Shown in pieces: positions 10,781 through 19,146 of a DNA stretch of 64,000 nucleotides. The notes under the pieces are model-generated. The model had not been told where the DNA came from. It saw only the letters and a list, made by a program, of their open reading frames with translations, and did no database searches. Source of the DNA: an uncultured Acidobacteriota bacterium (lineage in GTDB: Bacteria > Acidobacteriota > Thermoanaerobaculia > UBA5066 > Gp7-AA6); NCBI GenBank assembly GCA_963782585.1, contig CAWAKL010000012.1, positions 321,537 to 385,536 on the forward strand, given 5' to 3'. Both the position numbers and the translations under genes were made by a program. The stretch's first letter is position 1. The number at the start of each line of letters is the position of its first letter.

Positions 10781-13700
10781 GTGACGATCGCCCGGCGCCT
10801 CGTCCTCCTGCTGGCCGTTCCGCTGCTCGTGCTGTTGGTCCTCGGGCTCATTTCGCTGCAGAGGCTGTCGCGGATCGAAGAGCGCAGCCGTTTTCTCGCC
10901 GACGACGAGATCGAAAGCCTGGCGGCGCTCGGCAACGTGTCGCGCACGTTCGCCGAGCTGCGTGTCAACGCCCGGAGTTTTCTGCTGAGACAGGACGCGG
11001 CGGGGCGGAGCCGGGCCCGCGCGCTCTTCGACGCCGACAAAGAGGAGCTGTCCCGCCTGCTGCGGCTGTACGCGGATCGGCTCGTCTCGAACGACCGGGA
11101 ACGGAGGTTCCTGGACGAGTACCGGGAAATGAGCTCCGCGTGGATCGCGGCCGTCGAGGGTTACATGGTCCTCGCGGAAAATGGACGACCGGAGGAGGCC
11201 ATCGCGGCTCTCGACGGGCCGGTCGCCGAGCTCGCTTTGCGGTTGAGCAAGTCGTCGAGCGATTGGATCCGCTACAACGAGGACCTTGCACGCACGGCCG
11301 GCCGCACGGTCGTCGAGGCGACGCAGCGCACCCGGCGGGCCATTCTGATCGCCTTCGCGCTCGCCCTCGCCCTCTCGGGCGGGCTCGGCGCCCTGACGTT
11401 TCGCCGGATCGTTCGGCCGATCCGAAGCCTCCAGTCGAGCGTCGAGGCGATCGCCGGAGGCGACTATCAGAGAACGGTGCCTTTCACGAATGCGGCCGAC
11501 GAGACCGGCGAGCTCGCGCGTTCCATCGACGTCCTCAAGCGGGGCGCGATGGCCATGGACGAGCAGCGCTGGGTCAAGACGCATGCCGCGGGGATCACCG
11601 GAGAGCTCCAGGGCGCCACGACACTCGACGAGTTCGGGTCCCGCCTCGTCTCGACGCTGGTCCCGGTTCTCGGAGGAGGCGTGGCGGCCTTCTATCTCAT
11701 CGAGGGTGAGGGCGAGGAGCAGGGGCTGCGCCGCGTCGCGGGCTACGGACTGGCGGCGGGCGCTCCGGAACGGTTGCGCTCGGGGGAAGGGCTCGCAGGT
11801 CAATGCGCGCGGGACCGGAAGCCGGCGAGCCTCGCGGGCATCCCCGCGGACGCTCTGCGCATCGTGTCGGGCGTCGGCGAGGCGGCTCCGGCCCAGGCGA
11901 CCGCCTGGCCGGTGATGTCTCAGGACGAGCTTCTCGCGGTCCTCGAGTTCGCGTCGTTTCGCCCGCTCGCCGGAAACGAGAAGGCGCTGATCGACGAGCT
12001 GCTGCCGCTCGTGGGGATGAGCCTCGAGATTTTGGCCCGCAACATCCGGACGCAGGAGCTCCTCGGTCAGACGCAGGAGCAGCAGGTGGAGCTCGCGGCC
12101 GCGCGGGAGAAGGCCGAGGAGGCGACGCAGCTGAAGTCCATGTTCCTCGCCAACATGAGCCACGAGATCCGGACCCCGATGAACGCGATCATCGGCCTCT
12201 CGCACCTCGCGCTGAAAACCTCGCTGACTCCCAAGCAGCGGGACTACATCGGCAAGGTCCACAATGCCGGCACATCGCTGCTCGGGATCATCAACGACAT
12301 CCTGGATTTCTCGAAGATCGAGGCGGGGAAGCTCGACCTCGAGACGATTCCGTTCCAGCTCGACGAGGTGATCTCGACGGTCACGACGGTGACCGGGCAG
12401 AAGGCGCACGAGAAGGGACTCGAGTTTCTGGCCGACGCTCCGGGCTCGGTGCCGCAGGGCCTGCGGGGCGACCCCCTGCGCCTCGGCCAGATCCTGACGA
12501 ACCTCATCAACAACGCCGTGAAATTCACCGAACGGGGAGAGATCCGGCTGAGGGCGGAGCTGCTCGAGCAGACCGGCGAGCGGGTCAAGCTGCGCTTTTC
12601 GGTCCGGGACAGCGGCGCCGGCATGACGCCGGAGCAGGCCGCGCGTCTCTTCCAGCCCTTCACCCAGGCCGACATGTCGACGACCCGCAAGCACGGGGGC
12701 ACGGGCCTCGGTCTGACGATCTGCAAGCGCCTCGTGGAGTTGATGGGCGGCCAGATCTGGCTCGAGAGCGAGCCCGGCGTGGGGAGCACGTTCTTCTTCA
12801 CTGTCTGGCTGGGCCTCAGCACCGAGGCGCCGCGCGGCCGGTTCTACCCGAGCGAGCTGCGGCACCTGACCATGCTCGTCGCCGACGACAACCCCGCCGC
12901 CCGCGAGATCCTGGCCGACGCGTTGAGGGACGTCAGCGACCGCGTGGACGTCGTCGCGTCGGGCGAGGAGGCGGTCGCGGCCGTGAAGCAGCACGACGCC
13001 TCCGGCGCCTACGACGTCGTCTTCATGGACTGGCGGATGCCGGGCGTCGACGGGCTGGAGGCGACGCGGCGGATCAAGAGCGATTCGACGCTCCACAAGC
13101 CGCCGGCCATCGTCATGGTGACGGCGTTCGGCCGGGAAGAGGTGCGCGAGGAAGCCGAGAAGCTCGACGTCGCGGGCTTCCTGTTGAAGCCCGTCACGAA
13201 GTCCATGCTGGTCGACGCGCTCGTCACGATCTTCGCGCCGAAGTCCCGGGAGGAAGGCGCCGGACACGCGGCCGGCGAATCCGCGCAATCGAACCGGCTG
13301 GGCGGCGTGCGGATCCTGCTGACCGAGGACAACCTCATCAACCAGCAGATCGCCGTGGAGCTTCTCGAGGGCGTCGGGGCCCGGGTCGACGTCGCCAACC
13401 ACGGAGGCGAGGCCGTCCGGATGCTCCAGGGCGTCGCCTTCCCGCCTCCGTACGACGTCGTCTTGATGGATCTCCAGATGCCCGAAATGGACGGTTTTCA
13501 GGCGACGGCAAAGATCCGCTCGGATCCGCGCTTTGCGAAGCTCCCGATGATCGCCATGACTGCCCACGCGACGATGGAAGAACGCCAGCGCTGCCTGGAC
13601 GGCGGCATGAACGACCACGTGTCCAAGCCCGTCGACCCGGACGCTCTCTACGCGACGCTCGAGCGCTGGGTGAAGCGGCCCGTGGAGGTCGAGTCCGCGG

Positions 13701-14362
13701 AAAGCGCCCCGGCCCGGTCCGCCTCGACGAGTGCGCCGGCGGATCTTCCCCCGATCGAGGGCATCGACGCAGCCGACGGGCTCGCGCGCGTGGCGGGCAA
13801 CGCGCGCCTCTTCCGGAGCCTGCTCGAGCAATTCGCCGGCAAGCAGGCGGGCGCCGCCGGTGAGATCTCCGGAGCGCTCGATCGCGGCGACCGCAAGGCG
13901 GCCGAGCGCGTCGCGCACACCATCAAGGGGGTGGCCGGAAACCTGGGGATCCGGCGCATTCAGGCGTCGGCCGAGAAGCTCGAGCGGGCGCTTCGCGACG
14001 GGGACGCGGCGTCGCCTGCAGCGCTCTCGGAGTTCGCGGTCCTGCTCGGGTCGCAGATCGAGGCCATCCGCCGGGCTTTCCGTTCGAGCGGTTCGGGCGC
14101 GGGGCCGGAGAAGACCGCGGCGAAGCCCTACGACGCCGCGGCGGGCCGCGCGGCGATCGGCCGCCTGCGGAAGCTGCTCGCGTCGAGCGACGGGGGCGCC
14201 GCGGACGCCTTCGCCGAGGTGTCCGGCGCGCTCGGGGGCGCGGTCGGCCAGCCCCGTCTCGAGGCCCTCGGCGAGGCCATCCACGAGTTCGATTTCGAGG
14301 GAGCGCTGTTGCAGCTGGACGCGATCGCCGGAGAGTGCGGCGCGGCCGAGGAGTCGGCATGA
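10781..14362 (+). CDS. Hybrid sensor histidine kinase (4-helix-bundle sensor, 2 TM, HAMP, GAF, HisKA, HATPase_c, REC, REC, HPt)
   Basis: 1193-aa ORF with a GTG start. H-box [16 protein letters not shown] and ATP-lid boxes ([27 protein letters not shown]). Two receiver domains (LVADDN...[12 protein letters not shown]; LLTEDN...[12 protein letters not shown]...KP). HPt motif [11 protein letters not shown]. Confidence 0.92.
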   Translation: MTIARRLVLLLAVPLLVLLVLGLISLQRLSRIEERSRFLADDEIESLAALGNVSRTFAELRVNARSFLLRQDAAGRSRARALFDADKEELSRLLRLYADRLVSNDRERRFLDEYREMSSAWIAAVEGYMVLAENGRPEEAIAALDGPVAELALRLSKSSSDWIRYNEDLARTAGRTVVEATQRTRRAILIAFALALALSGGLGALTFRRIVRPIRSLQSSVEAIAGGDYQRTVPFTNAADETGELARSIDVLKRGAMAMDEQRWVKTHAAGITGELQGATTLDEFGSRLVSTLVPVLGGGVAAFYLIEGEGEEQGLRRVAGYGLAAGAPERLRSGEGLAGQCARDRKPASLAGIPADALRIVSGVGEAAPAQATAWPVMSQDELLAVLEFASFRPLAGNEKALIDELLPLVGMSLEILARNIRTQELLGQTQEQQVELAAAREKAEEATQLKSMFLANMSHEIRTPMNAIIGLSHLALKTSLTPKQRDYIGKVHNAGTSLLGIINDILDFSKIEAGKLDLETIPFQLDEVISTVTTVTGQKAHEKGLEFLADAPGSVPQGLRGDPLRLGQILTNLINNAVKFTERGEIRLRAELLEQTGERVKLRFSVRDSGAGMTPEQAARLFQPFTQADMSTTRKHGGTGLGLTICKRLVELMGGQIWLESEPGVGSTFFFTVWLGLSTEAPRGRFYPSELRHLTMLVADDNPAAREILADALRDVSDRVDVVASGEEAVAAVKQHDASGAYDVVFMDWRMPGVDGLEATRRIKSDSTLHKPPAIVMVTAFGREEVREEAEKLDVAGFLLKPVTKSMLVDALVTIFAPKSREEGAGHAAGESAQSNRLGGVRILLTEDNLINQQIAVELLEGVGARVDVANHGGEAVRMLQGVAFPPPYDVVLMDLQMPEMDGFQATAKIRSDPRFAKLPMIAMTAHATMEERQRCLDGGMNDHVSKPVDPDALYATLERWVKRPVEVESAESAPARSASTSAPADLPPIEGIDAADGLARVAGNARLFRSLLEQFAGKQAGAAGEISGALDRGDRKAAERVAHTIKGVAGNLGIRRIQASAEKLERALRDGDAASPAALSEFAVLLGSQIEAIRRAFRSSGSGAGPEKTAAKPYDAAAGRAAIGRLRKLLASSDGGAADAFAEVSGALGGAVGQPRLEALGEAIHEFDFEGALLQLDAIAGECGAAEESA

Positions 14363-15510
14363 GCGAGACCGAAGGCCGCAGGACCCTGCTGCTGGTGGAC
14401 GACGCTCCCGCCAACATCCAGGTCGCCAACTCCATCCTCAAGGACGACTACCGGGTCCGCGTTGCCACCAGCGGCGCGAAGGCGCTGGAGCTCGTGCAGG
14501 AGAAGCCGGCGCCCGATCTGATTCTCCTCGACGTCGAAATGCCGGAGATGGACGGCTACGAGGTGTGCCGGCGCCTCAAGACGGATCCCGAGACGCGCGA
14601 GATCCCCGTGATCTTCCTGACGGGAAAGACGGAAGCCGAGGACGAGACCCGCGGCTTCTCCGTGGGCGCGGTGGACTACATCCACAAGCCGTTCTCGCCC
14701 TCCGTCATGAAGGCCCGCGTGCAGACGCACCTGGCGCTGCGCGAGACGCGCGAACAGCTCGCTCGCCAGCTCTCGGCGATCCAGAACGAGCTCGAGATGG
14801 CGCGAAAGATCCAGCTTTCGATCCTGCCGCGCGAGGTCCCGCGTGTCGAGGGGCTCGAGATCGCGGCGCGGTACGTCCCGATGACGTCCGTCGCCGGGGA
14901 CTTTTACGATTTCATTCCGGTCGACGAGAAGCGCTTCGGAGCGCTCGTGGCCGACGTGTCGGGGCACGGCGTGCCCGCCGCGCTCGTCGCCTCGATGCTC
15001 AAGATCGCGTTCGCCGCCCAGAGCCCGCACGCCTCGGACCCGGCGCGGGTCCTGGAGGGACTGAACCTGGCGCTTTGCGGGAAGTTCGAAAAGCACTTCG
15101 TGACCGCGGCGTATTTGTTCGTCGACACGGAGAAGGGGACGATCGACTATGCCGGCGCGGGCCATCCTCCCCTCGTGGTCTGCGGGAAGTCCGCCGGAAG
15201 CGCCCGGGCCGTCCGGCAGAACGGTCTCTTCCTCGGCATGTTCCCGCACGCCCGGTATTCCGCGATCCAGGTGGCGATCGCCCCGGGTGACCGCTGCGTC
15301 GTCTACACGGACGGCGTGTCGGAAGCCTGCAACCGGGCGGGCGAAGAATTCGGGACCGAGCGGATCCAGAGCCTGCTCGAGGCGTCCCGGGACCAGCCGG
15401 CCGGTCCCTTCGCCGACGGGGTTCTCGACACTCTGAACGCGTGGACCTCGCGGCCGCCGGGCGAGGGACACGACGACGACATCACCCTTCTCGTGATCCG
15501 CGCGAGCTGA
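14359..15510 (+). CDS. Response regulator with PP2C/SpoIIE-type serine phosphatase output (RsbU-like)
   Basis: [19 protein letters not shown]...[15 protein letters not shown]...KP (REC). This is followed by ...[10 protein letters not shown]...SVAGDFYDF...[12 protein letters not shown]...GAGHPP...YTDGV...DDITLLVI (PP2C). The ATG overlaps the kinase stop (ATGA). Confidence 0.9.
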   Translation: MSETEGRRTLLLVDDAPANIQVANSILKDDYRVRVATSGAKALELVQEKPAPDLILLDVEMPEMDGYEVCRRLKTDPETREIPVIFLTGKTEAEDETRGFSVGAVDYIHKPFSPSVMKARVQTHLALRETREQLARQLSAIQNELEMARKIQLSILPREVPRVEGLEIAARYVPMTSVAGDFYDFIPVDEKRFGALVADVSGHGVPAALVASMLKIAFAAQSPHASDPARVLEGLNLALCGKFEKHFVTAAYLFVDTEKGTIDYAGAGHPPLVVCGKSAGSARAVRQNGLFLGMFPHARYSAIQVAIAPGDRCVVYTDGVSEACNRAGEEFGTERIQSLLEASRDQPAGPFADGVLDTLNAWTSRPPGEGHDDDITLLVIRAS

Positions 15511-15523
15511 GTCTCCGCGGGCT

Positions 15524-15952
15524 CTACGCTCCGGTACTCGGAGGCCCCGCAGCTTCTGAGCCGAGAACCGCGGTCAGAATCTGCGGCACTCGCTCGAAGT
15601 GCGCGTCGCGGGTCACGAGCTGGAGGCTGTGCTGCATGGCTGTCGCTGCGATCCAGACGTTGTTCGTCGGGATCGGCGTCCCGGCGGTGCGCAGGAAGTC
15701 GAAGATGACGGCATAGCGCTCCGACGTCTCCTCGTCGATCGACGCCAGCCGGACTCGCGGTGAGTCGATGAACCGCGCGAGCATTCGCTCGTTTTCTTTT
15801 CGAAGCCTCCCGCGACGAAAGCCCGTCTTCAATTCCGCGAGGACTACCGGGTTCAGAAAAACCTCTTCGGCCCCCTGGAGGAGGTCTCGGACATCGGCCC
15901 CGCCCCCGAAGAGCGACGAGATCGCCGACGTATCGAGCAGGAGGCGGCTCAC
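15524..15952 (-). CDS. vapC: PIN-domain toxin VapC (type II TA)
   Basis: 142-aa ORF with MSRLLLDTSAISSL...VLAELKTG...IWIAATAMQHSLQLVTRDAHF (PIN acidic residues). Its start overlaps the stop of the upstream small ORF by 4 nt. Confidence 0.85.
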   Translation of the reverse strand: MSRLLLDTSAISSLFGGGADVRDLLQGAEEVFLNPVVLAELKTGFRRGRLRKENERMLARFIDSPRVRLASIDEETSERYAVIFDFLRTAGTPIPTNNVWIAATAMQHSLQLVTRDAHFERVPQILTAVLGSEAAGPPSTGA

Positions 15953-16206
15953 TTCCAGAGATCCGCCTCCACGCGCCTTTGCTCCGCGAGATCTCGATCG
16001 AATTCGTCGGCCTGCTCGGCCGTCCAGGTCCCCGAGAAGCGGTCGAGGTCGTGGTGCCGCTGGCGCGGTGGCCTGCGAGTCAGGCCAGCCGCTTGCTCGA
16101 GCAGTTCGATCACGACGCGGTTCAAACTCTCTCCGGACTGAGCGGCGCGCCGGCGGAGAACGCGCTCGAGTTCCGGCGCGATTCCTCGAAGGGTGATCGG
16201 TTTCAT
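15949..16206 (-). CDS. Antitoxin of the VapBC pair (small DNA-binding, RHH/Arc-like)
   Basis: MKPITLRGIAPELERVLRRRAAQSGESLNRVVIELLEQ.... Translationally coupled to vapC. Start placed at the ATG at 16206 because the predicted -10 element lies between 16206 and the track start at 16227. Confidence 0.7.
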   Translation of the reverse strand: MKPITLRGIAPELERVLRRRAAQSGESLNRVVIELLEQAAGLTRRPPRQRHHDLDRFSGTWTAEQADEFDRDLAEQRRVEADLWK

Positions 16207-16216
16207 CGAGTGAATC

Positions 16217-16252
16217 ATACTATGCATCGATATGCATCATCGTCAGATGCAT
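16217..16252 (-). promoter_or_regulatory. Candidate promoter/operator of the vapBC pair: -35 CTGACG, 18-nt spacer, -10 TAGTAT, overlapped by three ATGCAT palindromes
   Basis: ATGCAT occurs at 16222-16227, 16232-16237 and 16247-16252. The - strand reads cTGACG(16246-16241)-18 nt-TAGTAT(16222-17). The segment is locally AT-rich in a GC-rich genome. Confidence 0.45.
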
Positions 16253-16256
16253 TTCA

Positions 16257-17063
16257 TCACGGCGAGATCACTGTCGCGTGCTGGCTCTCGTTATGGATCA
16301 CGGTCACGAAAGCCCATAGCTTCAGCCCTTCCGTCGCCGGCTCGATCTCGATGCGAAGGGATTCTGCGTCGCCGAGGGGAGCGATCGAAGAGAGATCAGT
16401 GATCTGCGCGTAGCCCGGGTTCTCGATGCCAAAAATGCCCGGTTCCTGGAACGCGAGGTCCGTCGTCGTTTCCCCGAGGAGGAGGTCCGGCGTCCCGTTG
16501 GGTTGCCCGATCGGTGCGGCAGAACGGTACAGCCGGATGTGCACTTGCGCCTCGCGCACTGTTCCGTCGAGCTCGTAGATCCGCAAGGTTTGCCGGAAAC
16601 CCTCCTCGATGGGAACATTGAGGAGAGAGAATCCCGTCGATCGAAATTCCGTGTCGCGGGGCATCGGGAGCTGTGTGCCGGCCGTGGTCGCCTGGCGACT
16701 GAGATCGCGAAAGCGCAGCTCGAAACCCACGAATTCGGAGCCCGCGAAGTCGAGTCGGAGCAAGGCTCCATGCAGGGCCCCGACGGATCTCGGTGCGCTC
16801 ATGAACGAAAGGCCCGGGTTGATCGGCGCCGCGCCGCATTGCGGGAGAAAGCAGTCCCACAGAAGGCCGTCGACCTCGACGACCTCGGCTCCCCAGTTGG
16901 CCGCCCACAGATCGGTCGTCCAGGATGACCCGTTGACCCCCGTCAGCGGCTCGATCGCGTACACAGGTACGAGCACAACCCGTACAGCGTCCTCCGCGGT
17001 AAGGCGAGCGGCGACGAGCACTACCGCGGCGGCCGTGGCGGCGAGTCTGCGCATCGTGAGCAT
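16257..17063 (-). CDS. Secreted protein of unknown function (paralog family member P1)
   Basis: 268-aa ORF with a signal peptide (MRRLAATAAAVVLVAARLTAEDA). It shares a motif order with 48390..49370 and 62090..62914: GSSWTTDLW..N, then FRQTLRIY, then a C-terminal WAFVTVIHNESQH. It lies 28 nt downstream of the S8 protease gene. Confidence 0.7.
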   Translation of the reverse strand: MLTMRRLAATAAAVVLVAARLTAEDAVRVVLVPVYAIEPLTGVNGSSWTTDLWAANWGAEVVEVDGLLWDCFLPQCGAAPINPGLSFMSAPRSVGALHGALLRLDFAGSEFVGFELRFRDLSRQATTAGTQLPMPRDTEFRSTGFSLLNVPIEEGFRQTLRIYELDGTVREAQVHIRLYRSAAPIGQPNGTPDLLLGETTTDLAFQEPGIFGIENPGYAQITDLSSIAPLGDAESLRIEIEPATEGLKLWAFVTVIHNESQHATVISP

Positions 17064-17090
17064 GGAACCTCCATTCGGCGTGCGAAAAGT

Positions 17091-18539
17091 CTACGGCAGC
17101 TCCGGGTTGCAAACGGCGTTTCCCGATCGGAAAACGAGCATGGAGCTTCCGTTGGGCGGGTCGATCGGCGGTGAGACGATGGTCGCATCGGTCTGAAGGC
17201 GACTCCAGACCTGTGTCGGAGTGAGCGAGGGGATTGCCTGGAGCATGCGAGCGACGATTCCCGAAACAACCGCCGCAGAGAAGGACGTGCCCGATTTCGT
17301 CGTCGGGTGGGTGCGGACGCAGGTCGGGCACTTGATGTGAGCCGACTGGAGATTGTGCCCCGGCGCCCAGACGTCGACGATGGGGCCGAAGTTCGAGCCG
17401 GCGAAGACGGAGCCGTTGCATCCCGTTTCGCTGTAGCACTCGCTTCCGGCGCACTGCCAGCGTGTGTCGGAAGCGTTCGTGGCTCCGGCCGATATGACTC
17501 GGCCGGGACTTGCGAACGCCGTGTTGCGGTACGCCATGCGCGCCGGCGTCGAGCAGGCCTGGCTCGTGTTCTGGTTGTTGGCCGAAGCGACGACCGGGAT
17601 GCCCGTCCAACCCGTGGAGTTGAGGACCAGCCCGTTGATGACGCTTTCGAGGGCGGATACGAACGGCTGATTCGTGGCCACACGGAGGCTGATGTTCACG
17701 AGCGCGGGCCGGTGGTTGCGGTTCGGGTTCGACGGGCTCCGGATCCAATCGAGCGCCCAGCACATGTGCTCGATGCTTCCGTTGGTACCCGCGCAGGTGT
17801 ATACGCGCAGAGGCACGAGCCGCGCCGCCTTGGCGACGCCAAACGTCTTCCCGGCGATGAGGGACGCGACCGACGTCCCGTGCCCGCCGAGGTACTGGTC
17901 GGTCCATGCGCCGCACGGATACGTCCCGTAGTCGTCGGTCTCGCCCGGCCAGACGTGGTGATCCGATGCGAATTTGACTCCGTTCAGGACCCGCGACTGG
18001 CCATTCGGGAGCAGGAACTCCTGGTGCTTCTTGTTGATGCCCGTGTCGAGAACGTAAACAATGGTCTGGCTCGCCTTCTCGCAATAGCGGTATTTGTCGT
18101 TGCCGGAGTCCACGGCGGTGCGCTGGTCCACCCGGTCGAGATGCCAGAGGCTGTTGTCGGCCGGCAGCGACTGTTCGCTCGAGAGGTACGCGCGTGCGTT
18201 TTCCTCGACCAGTCGCACGCGGGGATCCCTTGAGAGCCGCAGCGCCTGCTCCTCCGTCAGGTTCGCGGAGAACCCGCGCGCGGCGTTCCGCAGATGGACG
18301 CGGGCCGTGCCGCCGTGTGTAGCGAGCAGGTCCTCGGCAAGCGTCGGAACCGAGTCGCCGGGCAGGGTGTCGTCGTCCAGGATCACGATGTACTGACCGG
18401 GAATCCGATCGCGAGGGTCGGCGCGAATGAGCCGCGGCCGATCCTCCGGCTCGGCGGCGGCGAGGCCTTTGGCGAAGGCGGTCATCCAGACGATCGCAAC
18501 GAGAACCAGTCGGGCCGGGTCTTTCCGGAAGTGGAGCAT
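17091..18539 (-). CDS. Subtilisin-like serine protease (peptidase S8, proteinase K-like) with signal peptide and I9-type propeptide
   Basis: 482-aa ORF. Catalytic triad contexts VYVLDTGI (D), GGHGTSVASL (H) and KSGTSFSAAVVSG (S). N-terminal ...GQYIVILDD...ARGFSANLTEEQALRLSRDPRV.VEEN matches an inhibitor I9 propeptide. A GAGGAGG Shine-Dalgarno sequence precedes the ATG. Confidence 0.9.
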   Translation of the reverse strand: MLHFRKDPARLVLVAIVWMTAFAKGLAAAEPEDRPRLIRADPRDRIPGQYIVILDDDTLPGDSVPTLAEDLLATHGGTARVHLRNAARGFSANLTEEQALRLSRDPRVRLVEENARAYLSSEQSLPADNSLWHLDRVDQRTAVDSGNDKYRYCEKASQTIVYVLDTGINKKHQEFLLPNGQSRVLNGVKFASDHHVWPGETDDYGTYPCGAWTDQYLGGHGTSVASLIAGKTFGVAKAARLVPLRVYTCAGTNGSIEHMCWALDWIRSPSNPNRNHRPALVNISLRVATNQPFVSALESVINGLVLNSTGWTGIPVVASANNQNTSQACSTPARMAYRNTAFASPGRVISAGATNASDTRWQCAGSECYSETGCNGSVFAGSNFGPIVDVWAPGHNLQSAHIKCPTCVRTHPTTKSGTSFSAAVVSGIVARMLQAIPSLTPTQVWSRLQTDATIVSPPIDPPNGSSMLVFRSGNAVCNPELP

Positions 18540-18589
18540 CTCTTCCTCCTCTTCGGGTCAGGCGCCCGGGCGCGCTGTCCTCTAGATAC

Positions 18590-19127
18590 TCATTGTCGCG
18601 ACGAGGGGGCAGCCCGGCGGAGGAGCCTCGCGGCGATCGCGAGGGCGGCGCAGGGGAGCCAGATCCAGACGATCTCGCTCGCGAGCACGTGGAGGCCGCG
18701 CGCATCGAAGAAGCCGGTGACCGAGATCGGCGACACGCGAATCGGCCGCCACGGCAGGAAGTAACGCTCGTTGGAGAAGGGTGCGAAGTAGGCGACTCCG
18801 AGCCCGCCGTCGGTCAGGCCGTCCAGGATTCCGTGGGAGGCGGCGCACGCGAAGAGGAAGACGAAGACCGGAAGTGCGCGGCCCGTGCCGCCGAACCTGC
18901 GGAGCAGGAAGAGAGCCACGGCCGCGAGCGCCGCCGCGAAGGCGAGCGAGTGGGTGAGGCCGCGGTGGCCGAGGGGCGCGCCGTAGGGGATCCCGAGCCA
19001 GAAGCCGATAGCGTCGGCGTCGGGCAGAACCGAGAGGAGCGCTCCGGCGGCGACGATGCGCGCGCGAAGCGGCGAAGGCGGGCGCGAGCGCGAGAGCGAC
19101 GGCCGGGTGCGAAATGACCGAGGCCAC
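18590..19127 (-). CDS. Membrane-bound metal-dependent hydrolase, YdjM/DUF457 family; apparent 1-nt insertion near the 5' end
   Basis: The body is the C-terminal part of track ORF 18590..20782 (...LLSVLPDADAIGFWLGIPYGAPLGHRGLTHSL...HGILDGLTDGGLGVAYFAPFS...). The plausible N-terminus MASVISHPAVALALAPAF (GTG at 19127) is in the -1 frame. The switch falls in or near the (GC)n run at 19058-19066. Confidence 0.65.
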
Positions 19128-19146
19128 GCGAAGCCGAGACCGAGAG

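Noticed and set aside
10703-14284. 1193-aa ORF on the - strand, exactly as long as the sensor kinase it mirrors. Similar very long ORFs occur at 43046..46093, 16396..18705, 34842..36908, 8649..10418, 44500..46317 and 52472..54580.
   Set aside because: Their translations are Arg/Pro/Gly/Ala-rich low-complexity strings with no recognisable domains, and they lie antisense or out of frame to clearly conserved genes. In very GC-rich DNA stop codons are rare in non-coding frames, so such shadow ORFs are expected.
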